From a virus (lineage: Duplodnaviria > Caudoviricetes), in the IMG/VR virus record IMGVR_UViG_3300036833_000232, positions 34,662 through 98,661 of that record: a DNA stretch of 64,000 nucleotides; one strand, written 5' to 3'. Below are positions 45,413 through 55,168 of the stretch, one piece after another (the stretch's first letter is position 1; every line of letters starts with the position of its first letter). Both the position numbers and the translations under genes were made by a program. The notes below the pieces were generated by a model. It did no database searches and had not been told where the DNA came from. It saw only the letters and a list, made by a program, of their open reading frames with translations.

Positions 45413-46776
45413 TCATCGACGGGCGCGCTGGGCCAGGCGGATGGGACATCGGGACCCGCATCGCCGGATATGCCGGGCAGTTGGTGGGGGTCGAGTGGGA
45501 CATGGCCGCCTGCCGTACCGCCGTCGCCGCCGGCCACGCCCGGGTCCGCGCCGACGTGGCCACATTCCCCCTCGAACACCTCGCCGGCCGCGTCGACGGC
45601 GTGATCTTCAGTCCCCCGTGCACCACGTTCTCCGGTGCCGGGCAGGGCGCGGGCCGGCTACTCACCGAGGTGCTGTGCACCGCGATGACCCGCACCGCCC
45701 GGGGCAGGAAGGTACTGGCCGCGACCCGCCGCGACTGCACCCGCATCCTCCAATCCCACGCCGCAGCCGACCCGAAAATGTCGCGGTGGCCGCGCGCGAA
45801 ACGGTCCACGTGGGCGCGGGAACACGCGGTCACCTCCGTCCTGGTGCTGCAACCCCTGCGGTACGTGCTGGCACTGCGTCCACGGTGGGTCGCGCTGGAG
45901 CAGGTCCCAGCGGTGCTGCCGCTGTGGCGTCACCTGGCTGTTGTGCTGCGTGAACTGGGCTACCGCGTATGGGCGGGTGTCCTGAACTCGGAGGAGTACG
46001 GGGTCCCGCAAACCCGGAAGCGCGCGATCCTCACCGCCCGCCGCGACGGACGACCAGCGGGTCCACCGGCACCGACTCACCAGCCGTACCGGAAAGGTGT
46101 AGCGCCGGTCACCGAGCCGGATCTGTTCGGTGACCCGCTTCCGCCGCCGGTGTCGATGGCCGACGCGCTCGGCTGGGGACTGCCGGAGCGCCCGGCGTGG
46201 ACCGTGACGGCGGGAGGAACCGCCACCGGTGGCGCGGAAGTGTTCGGTAACGCCACCAATCGGCGTCACCTGGCGGATGTTGTCGCACAGGCCCGTAACT
46301 CTGGGCCGGGGGCGGTACGGGAACCCCGCGAGGTCACGTCCCCGTCGTACACGATCCGCGCGAACGGGTCCGGTTCCCACCCCTCCGGCACCGAATGGGT
46401 GATGCGCAACGGGGCGCAGGGCAACGCCACCGACCGGGAACTCCACGAACCAGCGGCCACGATCTACACCCAGCGCACCGGGAACCTGAACTGGGTGATG
46501 CGCAACGGCAACCAACCCAACGCCTGCGCCCGCGCCCTGGATGAGCCTGCCGGGACCCTGTTCTTCGGTCAACGCACCAACGCCGTCGACTGGCGAAACA
46601 ACCAAGGCCAATCCACCCGGGTCACCGTCGAGGAAGCGGGGGTGTTGCAAAGTTTCCCGGCGGACTATCCGTGGCAGGGTACGGAATCGCAGCGATACCA
46701 GCAGGTAGGCAACGCGATTCCCGTGCTGCTGGCGGCGGCGATCCTGCGGCCCCTACTCGACCGGGGCCGACGGTGA
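45409..46776 (+). CDS. C5 cytosine DNA methyltransferase
   Basis: AGPGGW, SPPC..FS, EQV, YGVPQTRKR, QSFP..Y, Q.GNA.P. Confidence 0.9.
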   Translation: MIIDGRAGPGGWDIGTRIAGYAGQLVGVEWDMAACRTAVAAGHARVRADVATFPLEHLAGRVDGVIFSPPCTTFSGAGQGAGRLLTEVLCTAMTRTARGRKVLAATRRDCTRILQSHAAADPKMSRWPRAKRSTWAREHAVTSVLVLQPLRYVLALRPRWVALEQVPAVLPLWRHLAVVLRELGYRVWAGVLNSEEYGVPQTRKRAILTARRDGRPAGPPAPTHQPYRKGVAPVTEPDLFGDPLPPPVSMADALGWGLPERPAWTVTAGGTATGGAEVFGNATNRRHLADVVAQARNSGPGAVREPREVTSPSYTIRANGSGSHPSGTEWVMRNGAQGNATDRELHEPAATIYTQRTGNLNWVMRNGNQPNACARALDEPAGTLFFGQRTNAVDWRNNQGQSTRVTVEEAGVLQSFPADYPWQGTESQRYQQVGNAIPVLLAAAILRPLLDRGRR

Positions 46777-47084
46777 AGGGCAACCCGGCTCGGCAACGTC
46801 ACCTGGACATGCTCTCCGGCTACGGCGTCCCCGACGAACACAAGGCCGCGGTCGCTGAGCGGGCTGTTGACGACGCGGTGACGTTGGCGGTGGACTTGCG
46901 GGACCAGGACCCGGCGGAGGTGTGGCGCCGCCTGGCCCGCTGGTGGGGTGAGGACCCGAACCGGGTGATCGCCGCAGCGTTCGCGGCGGCGGCGATGGTC
47001 CCGGTGGATGACGCGTCGGCCCGTGAACTGCTGGCGTGGATTGACCGGCCGCTACCGGGGTTGCGGCACCCCCGGTCGGCGTGA
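46773..47084 (+). CDS. Hypothetical protein
   Basis: GTGA coupling. Confidence 0.55.
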   Translation: MKGNPARQRHLDMLSGYGVPDEHKAAVAERAVDDAVTLAVDLRDQDPAEVWRRLARWWGEDPNRVIAAAFAAAAMVPVDDASARELLAWIDRPLPGLRHPRSA

Positions 47085-47124
47085 CCTGTTCCCATCCGGG
47101 CGGCGCGCCACCAGACTGCCGCCC

Positions 47125-47670
47125 ATGACTGATGTGGTCGACACGCCGGCACCTGCGGTGGAGCGTGCACCGGTGCAGGTGCAGGCCGAACTCCTGTTCG
47201 CTTTGGCCCGGCATTTGCAGCAACACCCGGATGCGGGGTTGCTCACTGTGGATGTGCGGTACGAGTCCTACGATCCGGGGATTGAGGGGGAGTGTCACAT
47301 TTCTCCGCCGCCGTTGTTGCCGGGGTCGGCGTTGGCGGCGTGGGCGGGGACGCTCCGCGGTGAGGGCGACAACCCGCCAGTGGTGGAGGCTATGGCGACT
47401 GCGGCGCATAGTTTGGATGCGACGGTGGAGGTCACTGGGCTGGTGGAGGGTGGGCACCGGATCCGGGTGTGGGTGGATGTCCCCGGTTTGGCGGATGCGT
47501 TGGGGTTGCCGGATCCGCATGATCCGCACCGCCGGGTCCCGGTCACGGTCGAGCAGTTGTATGGGTTTGATGCTGGTCGGCGGCCTGTGGTGGTGTCGGG
47601 TGTGTTGGATGACCTGGACGGTCTGGATGGTCTGGCTGGTGTCGACGGCTTGCCGGGTGTGGATCTCTGA
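47125..47670 (+). CDS. Hypothetical protein
   Basis: Long ORF, plausible composition. Confidence 0.5.
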   Translation: MTDVVDTPAPAVERAPVQVQAELLFALARHLQQHPDAGLLTVDVRYESYDPGIEGECHISPPPLLPGSALAAWAGTLRGEGDNPPVVEAMATAAHSLDATVEVTGLVEGGHRIRVWVDVPGLADALGLPDPHDPHRRVPVTVEQLYGFDAGRRPVVVSGVLDDLDGLDGLAGVDGLPGVDL

Positions 47671-47844
47671 TTCTGGGTGTTGCGCGTGGTGGTTGTGTCA
47701 CACCTATGGTGTGCGGTGATCCACCTGGGAGGCAGCCGCGTGGGTGGGTCACGTGGGGTGCTGGCCCCGCTCTCGGGGGATGTCGGGGGCGGGGCCAGCG
47801 TCATTACCTGGATCGGTGATAGCCGCGCCTGGCGGCTGATCTGA

Positions 47845-47899
47845 TGCATTATCTAGTGCAACAGATACGCTTGAGGACCATGCATCGGGCGGGTATGCT
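47845..47899 (+). promoter_or_regulatory. Promoter, paralog of the one at 43195
   Basis: TTGAGG (47871)-17-TATGCT (47894); GTG start 6 nt later. Confidence 0.65.
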
Positions 47900-47905
47900 G
47901 GGCAC

Positions 47906-48244
47906 GTGACCACCACACCGAAACCGGCACCCGAAGCGGAGCCTGAACAACTCGTATCTGTGAGCGTCATGGCGTACGAAGTCAACGCGTCCGACCCGGC
48001 CAACTGGCCTGGCGAACCAGAGATGGCCAGCCACTTCGCCATCCGCGTCGAGCGGCGCGGCGACCAGTGGGCGGTCACCCGGGGCGGTGGCCGATACCTC
48101 AACGAACCGGGCGGCTGGATCTACACGCGCTCCGTCCCCACATTCTCCCTGGACGTGGCCTTGGAGCTGGCGAAGCAGGCCGCTCCGCACGTCACGGTGA
48201 ACGGCTGGACCGTCACCGGGGAACGGAAGGCGACGCAGCGATGA
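47906..48244 (+). CDS. Hypothetical phage protein
   Basis: Leaderless position; coupled to the next gene. Confidence 0.6.
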   Translation: MTTTPKPAPEAEPEQLVSVSVMAYEVNASDPANWPGEPEMASHFAIRVERRGDQWAVTRGGGRYLNEPGGWIYTRSVPTFSLDVALELAKQAAPHVTVNGWTVTGERKATQR

Positions 48245-48645
48245 CCCCGCAGGAACTACGCGACTACGCCGAGGCCTTGATCCTCGACCACGCTCAGGAC
48301 GTCGAGTACCTGTCCGTCCACGAGATGGCCCCGCAGTGCATCGGGCACGACATCGACGGCGTCGACGCCAGGGCGGTGCACGACATGATCGGGAAGGCGA
48401 CCGTTATGGTTTCGTGGCCGGACGAGGCGCACGTGATCGACCTGCGCGACGACGGCTGGGTGATCAAGCATCCGCTGTCGTGTCGCCCGAACCTGTTCAA
48501 TTGTCCGGTCAATCGCGCCACGGGGGTGCCGACGGGTTCGTCGATGCCCACGTCGGGCCAGTGGGAATGCGGCGTCGACGCCCGCGGCGCGCTGACCATC
48601 GGCCGGAAAATCGACGAGAGTACCGCCGAGGAGTCGCAGCAATGA
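48241..48645 (+). CDS. Hypothetical protein
   Basis: ATGA coupling. Confidence 0.55.
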   Translation: MTPQELRDYAEALILDHAQDVEYLSVHEMAPQCIGHDIDGVDARAVHDMIGKATVMVSWPDEAHVIDLRDDGWVIKHPLSCRPNLFNCPVNRATGVPTGSSMPTSGQWECGVDARGALTIGRKIDESTAEESQQ

Positions 48646-49682
48646 CCGCCACCCACCAACCATGCGGCCAGCCCAACGCGCAGGCGGCTACCGACCCGGT
48701 GACGGTCACGATCTGCGGCAGCATGCGGTTCCGGGACCTGATGCTGCACGTCGCCGAGCAGGAAACCGCCAGCGGCCGGATGGTGCTGATGCCGTTCGCC
48801 GTGGTCAACCAGTCCGATCAGGGTGGCGAGTTTAAGGCGATGCTCGACGAGTTGCATCGGGCGAAGATCAGGGCCGCGAACGTTGTGCTCGTGGTGTCGG
48901 ACGGTACGGGCTACTACGGCGAATCGACCAGCCGGGAGATTGAGTACGCCCGTGACCTGGGGTTGCCGGTCGAGTTCAGGCTTGTGTCCTCTCCCGTGCC
49001 GATTGGCATCGCCCCGAGGCTAGGTCAGCCCATCAACTACATCCACGACCTCACCCAACGACTCAACGAGGCATGCCCCGGATTGGAACCCGACCTGCTG
49101 CGGCTCTACGTACTCCTGGCCCTCGCGAAGGGACCGCACACCACGCTGGAGGACGTGCACGACGCCTGGTCGATTTGGCGTGACCAGACGCGACCGGATC
49201 ACCCGTCGCTGGTGCCGTTCAATGAGCTGGCCGTCGAAGTGCAAGAGTTGGATCGGCCGTACCGCGACGCGATCGCCACCGTCGCCCCTCCCGTGTCGGC
49301 CACAGCCACACGGGACCAACTCGCCGATGACCTCGTGGAGTGGTGGCACACCTACGGCACCGCTGCACCGTGGGAGGCAACGGGTGAGCCGATCTCGGGC
49401 GACCTGCTGGAGGCTGCACAGGCGTACGTCACGCACGCTACTGGCCTGCTCCGCGCCGACCCGGCAGACGACGAAGCTGACCGGCTCTACAGGGTTCTCG
49501 CCGCGATCCACCGCCAACTCGACCGCTTGGACGAGACCGGCAAGGAACTCGACACGGACACGATCCGGGCCACGCTATTCGCAAACGGCATTGAGCGACC
49601 CCGGCTGCCCGCTGCCGAGCACGAAGACGACCACTTGGCCGAGCAAGCCGCCCACGCCGACAACTGGGAGCCGCAGGAATGA
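48642..49682 (+). CDS. Multidomain hypothetical protein (N-terminal nucleoside deoxyribosyltransferase-like fold)
   Basis: TICGSMRF...LH..KI.....LVV....YYGEST..EI.YA...G..V. Confidence 0.6.
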   Translation: MTATHQPCGQPNAQAATDPVTVTICGSMRFRDLMLHVAEQETASGRMVLMPFAVVNQSDQGGEFKAMLDELHRAKIRAANVVLVVSDGTGYYGESTSREIEYARDLGLPVEFRLVSSPVPIGIAPRLGQPINYIHDLTQRLNEACPGLEPDLLRLYVLLALAKGPHTTLEDVHDAWSIWRDQTRPDHPSLVPFNELAVEVQELDRPYRDAIATVAPPVSATATRDQLADDLVEWWHTYGTAAPWEATGEPISGDLLEAAQAYVTHATGLLRADPADDEADRLYRVLAAIHRQLDRLDETGKELDTDTIRATLFANGIERPRLPAAEHEDDHLAEQAAHADNWEPQE

Positions 49683-51001
49683 CCGCCGACGAAACCCGCG
49701 AGGCCATCGAACAGGCACTCCGGTACGCGACCCTCCCTGGTGATGTGAACCGGCTCTCCGTACGCGAGGCAGAGTTCTACGCTGACGCCGTCCTGCCGGT
49801 CCTGGCCGAAGCCTCGCAACTCATGGTGTTCGAACTGGACGGGGCGCTTCAGCGGTTCGAACGGCACCGGATTGCCCTCGCTGACGCCGTGGGTGCGCCG
49901 CACACGAAGACCGCCGACGAGCTGATCAATTGGGTCCGCGATCTGTACGTCGAGTGGGGCAAGGTACTCGAAGACCGCGGCGCGGTCCGCGCCGAACTGT
50001 CTCGGTGGCGTGAGGCGTACGGGGATGACGCCTTCCGCGCCGGGGGGCTACTCAACGCCGCCGAGGAGATCGAGCGGCTGCGCGCCGAACTGGCCGAGAC
50101 CAAGCGCGAGGTCGAGCGATGGCGTACGAGCGCGTTCGGTGCCGAGAAACACGGCTACACCACGCCGGACACCGAACCATCCGAGTCCGCGCTGCATCAT
50201 CGGTTTGTGGTGCGCCTGCACGAACAAGGCTGCGCCTGCGGCGAATGGGACTCGCACAGTGACGAGCAGATCACCCGCTATGAGCAGATCGCCAAGGGCC
50301 TGGTCGCCGATGTGCGTATGTGGACGCAACACGAACTGGCAGCGGCCCGCGCCGAGTTGGCCGAGTTGCGCGCCACCAGCGTGCGGCTGCCGGAGGACTG
50401 GCGGCAGATTTTGGCCGATGGCGACTATCCGGAGCAGGTCATCGACCTGATCGAGTCGTGGCGTCCGGCTGGCGACGAGCCCCAGGGCGGCGCCCCAACG
50501 GAAGTTGCACCGTCGACCCCACGTGCCAACGAACAGGCCCGTTCTGTTGGAAGTTGCCCGACGCCTTGCGACTCGGACTGCGAAGCGTCCTGTCACGAGA
50601 CGCACCAGGTTCGGTGGAAGCGTGGTCACCAACCGTGGGCGTGCCCGTCGTACCTCAACACCAAGCCGATCAATGGCCCGAGTGAGCCAGCGTACTTCTG
50701 TCTTTCGGACCACGATCCCGCCGCCGAGCCGTCCGTGGACGAGAAGCCACGAGAGCGCGTATGGAACCCCTACGGCAAAGACAACCCCCCGACCCCCAGC
50801 GAAGACGAGATCGGCCTCCGGGTCCGCGACCGGCGCGGTCACGTCTGGCTGCACGAACGCTGGACCAGCACATCGGGATGGTGGTGCTCTGCCAGTGCGG
50901 AGATCCCCGAGGACGGCTCGCTTCCTGGCGGTATGCGGTTCGGCGGGCTACTCGCGAACTACGGGCCGCTATCCGAGATACCGGAGGCCACCGATGACTG
51001 A
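49679..51001 (+). CDS. Mosaic coiled-coil hypothetical protein
   Basis: EIERLRAEL-type coiled coil; coupled. Confidence 0.6.
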   Translation: MTADETREAIEQALRYATLPGDVNRLSVREAEFYADAVLPVLAEASQLMVFELDGALQRFERHRIALADAVGAPHTKTADELINWVRDLYVEWGKVLEDRGAVRAELSRWREAYGDDAFRAGGLLNAAEEIERLRAELAETKREVERWRTSAFGAEKHGYTTPDTEPSESALHHRFVVRLHEQGCACGEWDSHSDEQITRYEQIAKGLVADVRMWTQHELAAARAELAELRATSVRLPEDWRQILADGDYPEQVIDLIESWRPAGDEPQGGAPTEVAPSTPRANEQARSVGSCPTPCDSDCEASCHETHQVRWKRGHQPWACPSYLNTKPINGPSEPAYFCLSDHDPAAEPSVDEKPRERVWNPYGKDNPPTPSEDEIGLRVRDRRGHVWLHERWTSTSGWWCSASAEIPEDGSLPGGMRFGGLLANYGPLSEIPEATDD

Positions 51002-51284
51002 GCCGATCGACCGCTGCACCGACCCCGAGCACAAAGGGCACTCCTATCACATCGGCGGCGGAATCATGGACGGCAAGGCGAGCCACCACCTCTACGCCAC
51101 GCCGAGTGACTTCCCCATGCACAAGAGCACCGCGCTCACGCGCGGTGGCCGGTCCTGGTACGAGATCGACTATGAGATGAGCGACGGCACCGATGTCGTC
51201 TACCGGTTCGTTGGCAATGGCCGGGAATTTCCGCAACGAACACTGCCGGGGGTGCTGCCGGGGCAGAACGGAGACGACCAGTGA
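50994..51284 (+). CDS. Hypothetical protein
   Basis: GGAGG RBS. Confidence 0.5.
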   Translation: MTEPIDRCTDPEHKGHSYHIGGGIMDGKASHHLYATPSDFPMHKSTALTRGGRSWYEIDYEMSDGTDVVYRFVGNGREFPQRTLPGVLPGQNGDDQ

Positions 51285-51538
51285 GCACCTCCACCCCGCC
51301 GCAGCGGGAACCCGGCTACCACCCGGCCCAACCCAAACCCGCCTCGCCCGCCCGCCCGGCGCGCACCCCGATCACCACCAACTCGCCCGTGATGATGACT
51401 GCCCTGTTCGCGTCGGAGTTGGTGCCGATCCTCGCCACCGTGATCCGCACCCCCACACTCGGCGGGATCATCGGGATCGCCGCGATGCTCGGACTCACCG
51501 CGCTGACCTGGCGTATGAGGCGAGGTGCCCGCCGGTGA
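51281..51538 (+). CDS. Small membrane protein
   Basis: Two hydrophobic segments. Confidence 0.5.
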   Translation: MSTSTPPQREPGYHPAQPKPASPARPARTPITTNSPVMMTALFASELVPILATVIRTPTLGGIIGIAAMLGLTALTWRMRRGARR

Positions 51539-52419
51539 CCCGCCATCCCGTCTCAGCCCAGATCCGCGCGCTATTGGATCTACACGCCGTTGAACTCTAC
51601 GAGGCCACCCAGTACGAGAAGACCCCGTGGCCGGACCCAGATGGCGGCACCCTGCGGTTCATGGGTGTGATCGAGGCAGTGCTGGACGTGTGCGACACCC
51701 TCGACCCGACCACCGCCGAACGGGTACGCACGGCGATCGCCGATCGACTGGAAATCACCACTTCGCAAACCTCACCACCTGCGGAGACACCGATTCCTGA
51801 ACGAATCCAACGTCAACGCACCGCCGGCTGGCGGATGCCCCCGAACACCGTGTACGTCGGCCGCCCTAGCAAGTGGGGCAACCCATTTGTGGTCGGTGAG
51901 ACGCACGGCAACTTCGGGCGCATCCGTAGCGCCGAGCGGGCCGTCGACCTGTTCGAACTGCACATCGGCCCGATGGGCAACTACGAGTACGACGACGGGA
52001 CCCACAACCTGGAGGAGCTCCGCGGGAAGAACCTCGCCTGCTGGTGCCCGCTTGATCAGCCGTGCCACGCCGACTGGGTGCGGTCGCTATGCGACCAGTG
52101 CCAGGCCGCGGGCGTCGCCTTTTTCCTGAAGCAATGGGGGGAGTGGGGACCGGCCCCGTGGCGCGTCGACCGCGAACCCGGCGAATCTGTCGCCGACTAC
52201 AAAGCCCGTGCCGAAGCGACCTGCGCCACACACGCCTACCAGAGTTGGGCACACAACTACGGCCACGACCTGTACGAGGCACCGCACAAGCCGTGGAGTG
52301 CCGAACGAACCGAACTGCCGCCCTCGGCCGCCGGGATGCGTCGCTGGGGCAAAAAGGCCGCCGGCCGCGAGTTGGACGGCCGTGTCCATGACGACTACCC
52401 GACCCTGACACAGGTATAG
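51535..52419 (+). CDS. DUF4326 domain fused to the C-terminus of a DUF5131 (gp37/gp68) protein
   Basis: VYVGRPSKWGNPF...LRGKNLACWC...CHAD then WVRSL.DQC..AGV.FF.KQWGEW...GKKAAGRELDGR. Confidence 0.75.
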   Translation: MTRHPVSAQIRALLDLHAVELYEATQYEKTPWPDPDGGTLRFMGVIEAVLDVCDTLDPTTAERVRTAIADRLEITTSQTSPPAETPIPERIQRQRTAGWRMPPNTVYVGRPSKWGNPFVVGETHGNFGRIRSAERAVDLFELHIGPMGNYEYDDGTHNLEELRGKNLACWCPLDQPCHADWVRSLCDQCQAAGVAFFLKQWGEWGPAPWRVDREPGESVADYKARAEATCATHAYQSWAHNYGHDLYEAPHKPWSAERTELPPSAAGMRRWGKKAAGRELDGRVHDDYPTLTQV

Positions 52420-52487
52420 CTACCACCACGTACACCCATCACCGCGTCCACCGCGCGGTCTATACCACCACAGAACGGAGAACCAGA

Positions 52488-52952
52488 ATGAACACCTCCG
52501 AACCGGTCGGTTACGGCCCGCCGGAGTCGTGCTACCCGGAATGCCCGTCCATCCCCAGTGGGGACTGGGAGGACTGCACCTGCCTGGCGGCCGGCTCCGA
52601 CGAGGGCACCGAGCACACCCTCGATTCGTTCGAAACCAGCAACGGCAAGTGGCCAGCACGCTGCTCCTGCGGCTGGTACATGAGCATCAGCCTGCCGGAC
52701 GAGCAGGCAGCCACGGAGTTCGTGCAGCAGAAGCACCTCGACCGTGTCGACTACGTCCAAGCAGCGTGCGCGGTGAGCATGTACGCCCTTGGCAAGACGC
52801 TCGTGTTCACATCGGGGAACCGCTACCGGATCACCGCCGTGGAGGACGGCCAGGTCACGTTTTGTCACCCGTCCGACCCGGAGGACTCGACCACCGAGAC
52901 GATCGAGGACCTGGACGCCGTAGACGTGCGCGTACTGGGAGTTGCGTGGTGA
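52488..52952 (+). CDS. Cys-rich acidic hypothetical protein
   Basis: GGAG RBS; CSCGW motif. Confidence 0.55.
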   Translation: MNTSEPVGYGPPESCYPECPSIPSGDWEDCTCLAAGSDEGTEHTLDSFETSNGKWPARCSCGWYMSISLPDEQAATEFVQQKHLDRVDYVQAACAVSMYALGKTLVFTSGNRYRITAVEDGQVTFCHPSDPEDSTTETIEDLDAVDVRVLGVAW

Positions 52953-53221
52953 GCGACCTGACGATCACCGACGCGGCGTACTACGCGGCCGAGATAGCGC
53001 ACATCCGGACTGGTGGTGACCTTGACGCCACACTCCGTGCTGCCGCGCCGATGATCGTGGCGGCAGCACTGCGGCGGCTGGCTGACGAAATCATGGCGCA
53101 GGAGGTCGTAGACAACGACCCGAACGGAGATGACTACAGCGAGGACTATCTCGATGGCGTCGAGGCTGTGGTCACCGCGATCCGCAATCGGGCCGTCAAG
53201 TTGGAGCGGGGTGCCCGATGA
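52949..53221 (+). CDS. Hypothetical protein
   Basis: Coupled. Confidence 0.5.
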   Translation: MSDLTITDAAYYAAEIAHIRTGGDLDATLRAAAPMIVAAALRRLADEIMAQEVVDNDPNGDDYSEDYLDGVEAVVTAIRNRAVKLERGAR

Positions 53222-53451
53222 GCATGCACGACGCGATCCAGGCCGACACGCCGCCCGTGTTCAAGCCCGGTGCCCGGGTCCAATGGCTGCGCTACTCCGA
53301 CGAGGACATCACGGACACCGGCACCGTCGTCGAACGTGACACCCAGCAGTGGCCCGGCCACGTACCTGTGCTGCCGGACTACTACCGCGAGGGTCCTCAC
53401 CCGCTGACTCACCCGGTGTACATCGAACCGAAACACCTGACCGCCCAGTGA
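53218..53451 (+). CDS. Small SH3-like protein
   Basis: FKPGARV...GTVV. Confidence 0.5.
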   Translation: MSMHDAIQADTPPVFKPGARVQWLRYSDEDITDTGTVVERDTQQWPGHVPVLPDYYREGPHPLTHPVYIEPKHLTAQ

Positions 53452-53996
53452 CCACTACCAGCCTGCTGGTCCAGCGCGGCGGCGACCTGTACACCCGCAG
53501 CGTCGCCGTGCTGGACACCACCGGCACCTACCGCTACCTCCTGCGCCACCAGTGGGATCCGTCCCGACGGGTGGTGGTGTGGGTGATGCTGAACCCGTCC
53601 ACCGCGGACGCGTTCACCCCGGATCCCACCATCACCCGCTGCATGGGGTTCGCCCGCGCCCGTGCTTGGGGGTTCGGCGGTATTTGCGTGGTGAACTTGT
53701 TCGCGGTGCGTTCCACCGATCCGGCACTACTCGCCACCCACCCTGACCCGGTCGGCCCGTGCAACGACGCGTTCCTACTCGGACACACCACCCCGCACAG
53801 GATGGTGATCGCCGCGTGGGGAGCCACACCCGCCGCACGGGAACGCGCCGAACACGTCCAGCAACTCCTGACCGACCGCGGCGTCACCCTGCACTGCCTC
53901 GGCACCAACGCGGACAGTTCCCCGAAACACCCCCTGTATCTCCCGAAAAACTCTGCCCCGGTCACGTGGCCGGGCACCACGACAGGAGACCAATGA
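53448..53996 (+). CDS. DUF1643 family protein
   Basis: YRY.L...W...VMLNPSTAD...DPTI.RC...NLFA.RSTDP...AAWG...PKHPLY. Confidence 0.88.
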   Translation: MTTTSLLVQRGGDLYTRSVAVLDTTGTYRYLLRHQWDPSRRVVVWVMLNPSTADAFTPDPTITRCMGFARARAWGFGGICVVNLFAVRSTDPALLATHPDPVGPCNDAFLLGHTTPHRMVIAAWGATPAARERAEHVQQLLTDRGVTLHCLGTNADSSPKHPLYLPKNSAPVTWPGTTTGDQ

Positions 53997-54652
53997 TGGC
54001 CGCCCATCAACGCATCACCCGCGACAATGACGGCAACACCACGGTCGACAATTCCGCCGAGGACATCAACGGGCCTGTAGCGCAAGTCGCCGGCGTGAAA
54101 GGACCATCACCATCCGACCCGGCGCGACCGGTGTGGTGCAGGCTGGCGAGGTCGGCGACATTGCGATCGGCTAACCGCGCGCACCGCACCGCGATCCGCC
54201 AGTGGGTAACGCACCACTATCCGATCATCGGTGTCGTGGTTGCTGCGGGCGCGGCGGTGACGATGCTGGTTCACGTCTGGGCTGTCAGCGTCGCGTTCGA
54301 CGCGGTGAGCGTGGCGGGGTTCATGCTGTTGCTGTTGTGGGGTGTCGACCACGAGTACGGGTGCCGATGGTGCATCGCTTGGCGTCTCCGCGGGCACGTA
54401 CACGCGAAACGCCACCGCCGGATGCTCCGCGTGAACCACGCCTGCCAGCACGCCAGCACCCAACTTGCCGCCGCTGCCGTGCTGGTAGCAGCGGCTGGGT
54501 TGCTAACCTGGTCCGGATACCCAGCCGGGATCACCATCCTGTTCTGGTTGGCGATCGCTGCCCGCACCCGGATCGCGATGGTGCACTACATGCTGCGCTC
54601 CTGGTGCCCAGTGTGTGGTTACCAGGCCGACCGGCGGTTGGTCGAGCGGTGA
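53993..54652 (+). CDS. Membrane protein with His/Cys motifs
   Basis: 4 TMs, H..GC..C, H.....WCP.C; similar to 63078-63626. Confidence 0.55.
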   Translation: MMAAHQRITRDNDGNTTVDNSAEDINGPVAQVAGVKGPSPSDPARPVWCRLARSATLRSANRAHRTAIRQWVTHHYPIIGVVVAAGAAVTMLVHVWAVSVAFDAVSVAGFMLLLLWGVDHEYGCRWCIAWRLRGHVHAKRHRRMLRVNHACQHASTQLAAAAVLVAAAGLLTWSGYPAGITILFWLAIAARTRIAMVHYMLRSWCPVCGYQADRRLVER

Positions 54653-55074
54653 TTGACCCACTGCCCGACGTGATCCGGCGGGTACTCGGCACCGGGTCCC
54701 GTACCTGGCTGGACACCCGCATCATCCGCGACACTCTGACTGTGGTGTGGCGACCGGGGGCGGTGCTGGTGACCGGGGCTTGCCCAGACGGTGCCGACGC
54801 ACTGATGGAGCAGTGCTGGACACATTGGGGTGGCCTGGTCGAACGTCACCCCGCCGCATGGACCGATTCCTGCCGACCAGAGTGCACGCCGAACCACCGT
54901 CGTGCTCGCCGGGACGGCATCCTCTACTGCCCGACCGCTGGCCTGTACCGCAACCAGGACATGGTCGACCTCGGAGCTGATGTCGCGGTCGCGTTCATCC
55001 GCAACCACTCACCCGGCGCGTCGCACTGCGCGACGGCGATCCGCGCTGCTGGGATACCTCTCATCCCCCGGTGA
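54649..55074 (+). CDS. SLOG/YspA-like (DUF2493) protein
   Basis: RVL.TGSR.W...GAC..GAD...ERHPA.W...AG..RN..MV..GAD..VAF. Confidence 0.8.
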   Translation: MIDPLPDVIRRVLGTGSRTWLDTRIIRDTLTVVWRPGAVLVTGACPDGADALMEQCWTHWGGLVERHPAAWTDSCRPECTPNHRRARRDGILYCPTAGLYRNQDMVDLGADVAVAFIRNHSPGASHCATAIRAAGIPLIPR

Positions 55075-55168
55075 TCAACCACGATGAACACCAGTAGTCG
55101 TAACCCGATCGGGGGAGCACCAGTAGAACACCCCGATCGGGGTTGGTGCCGCCGCTATCCTCCTGGCG

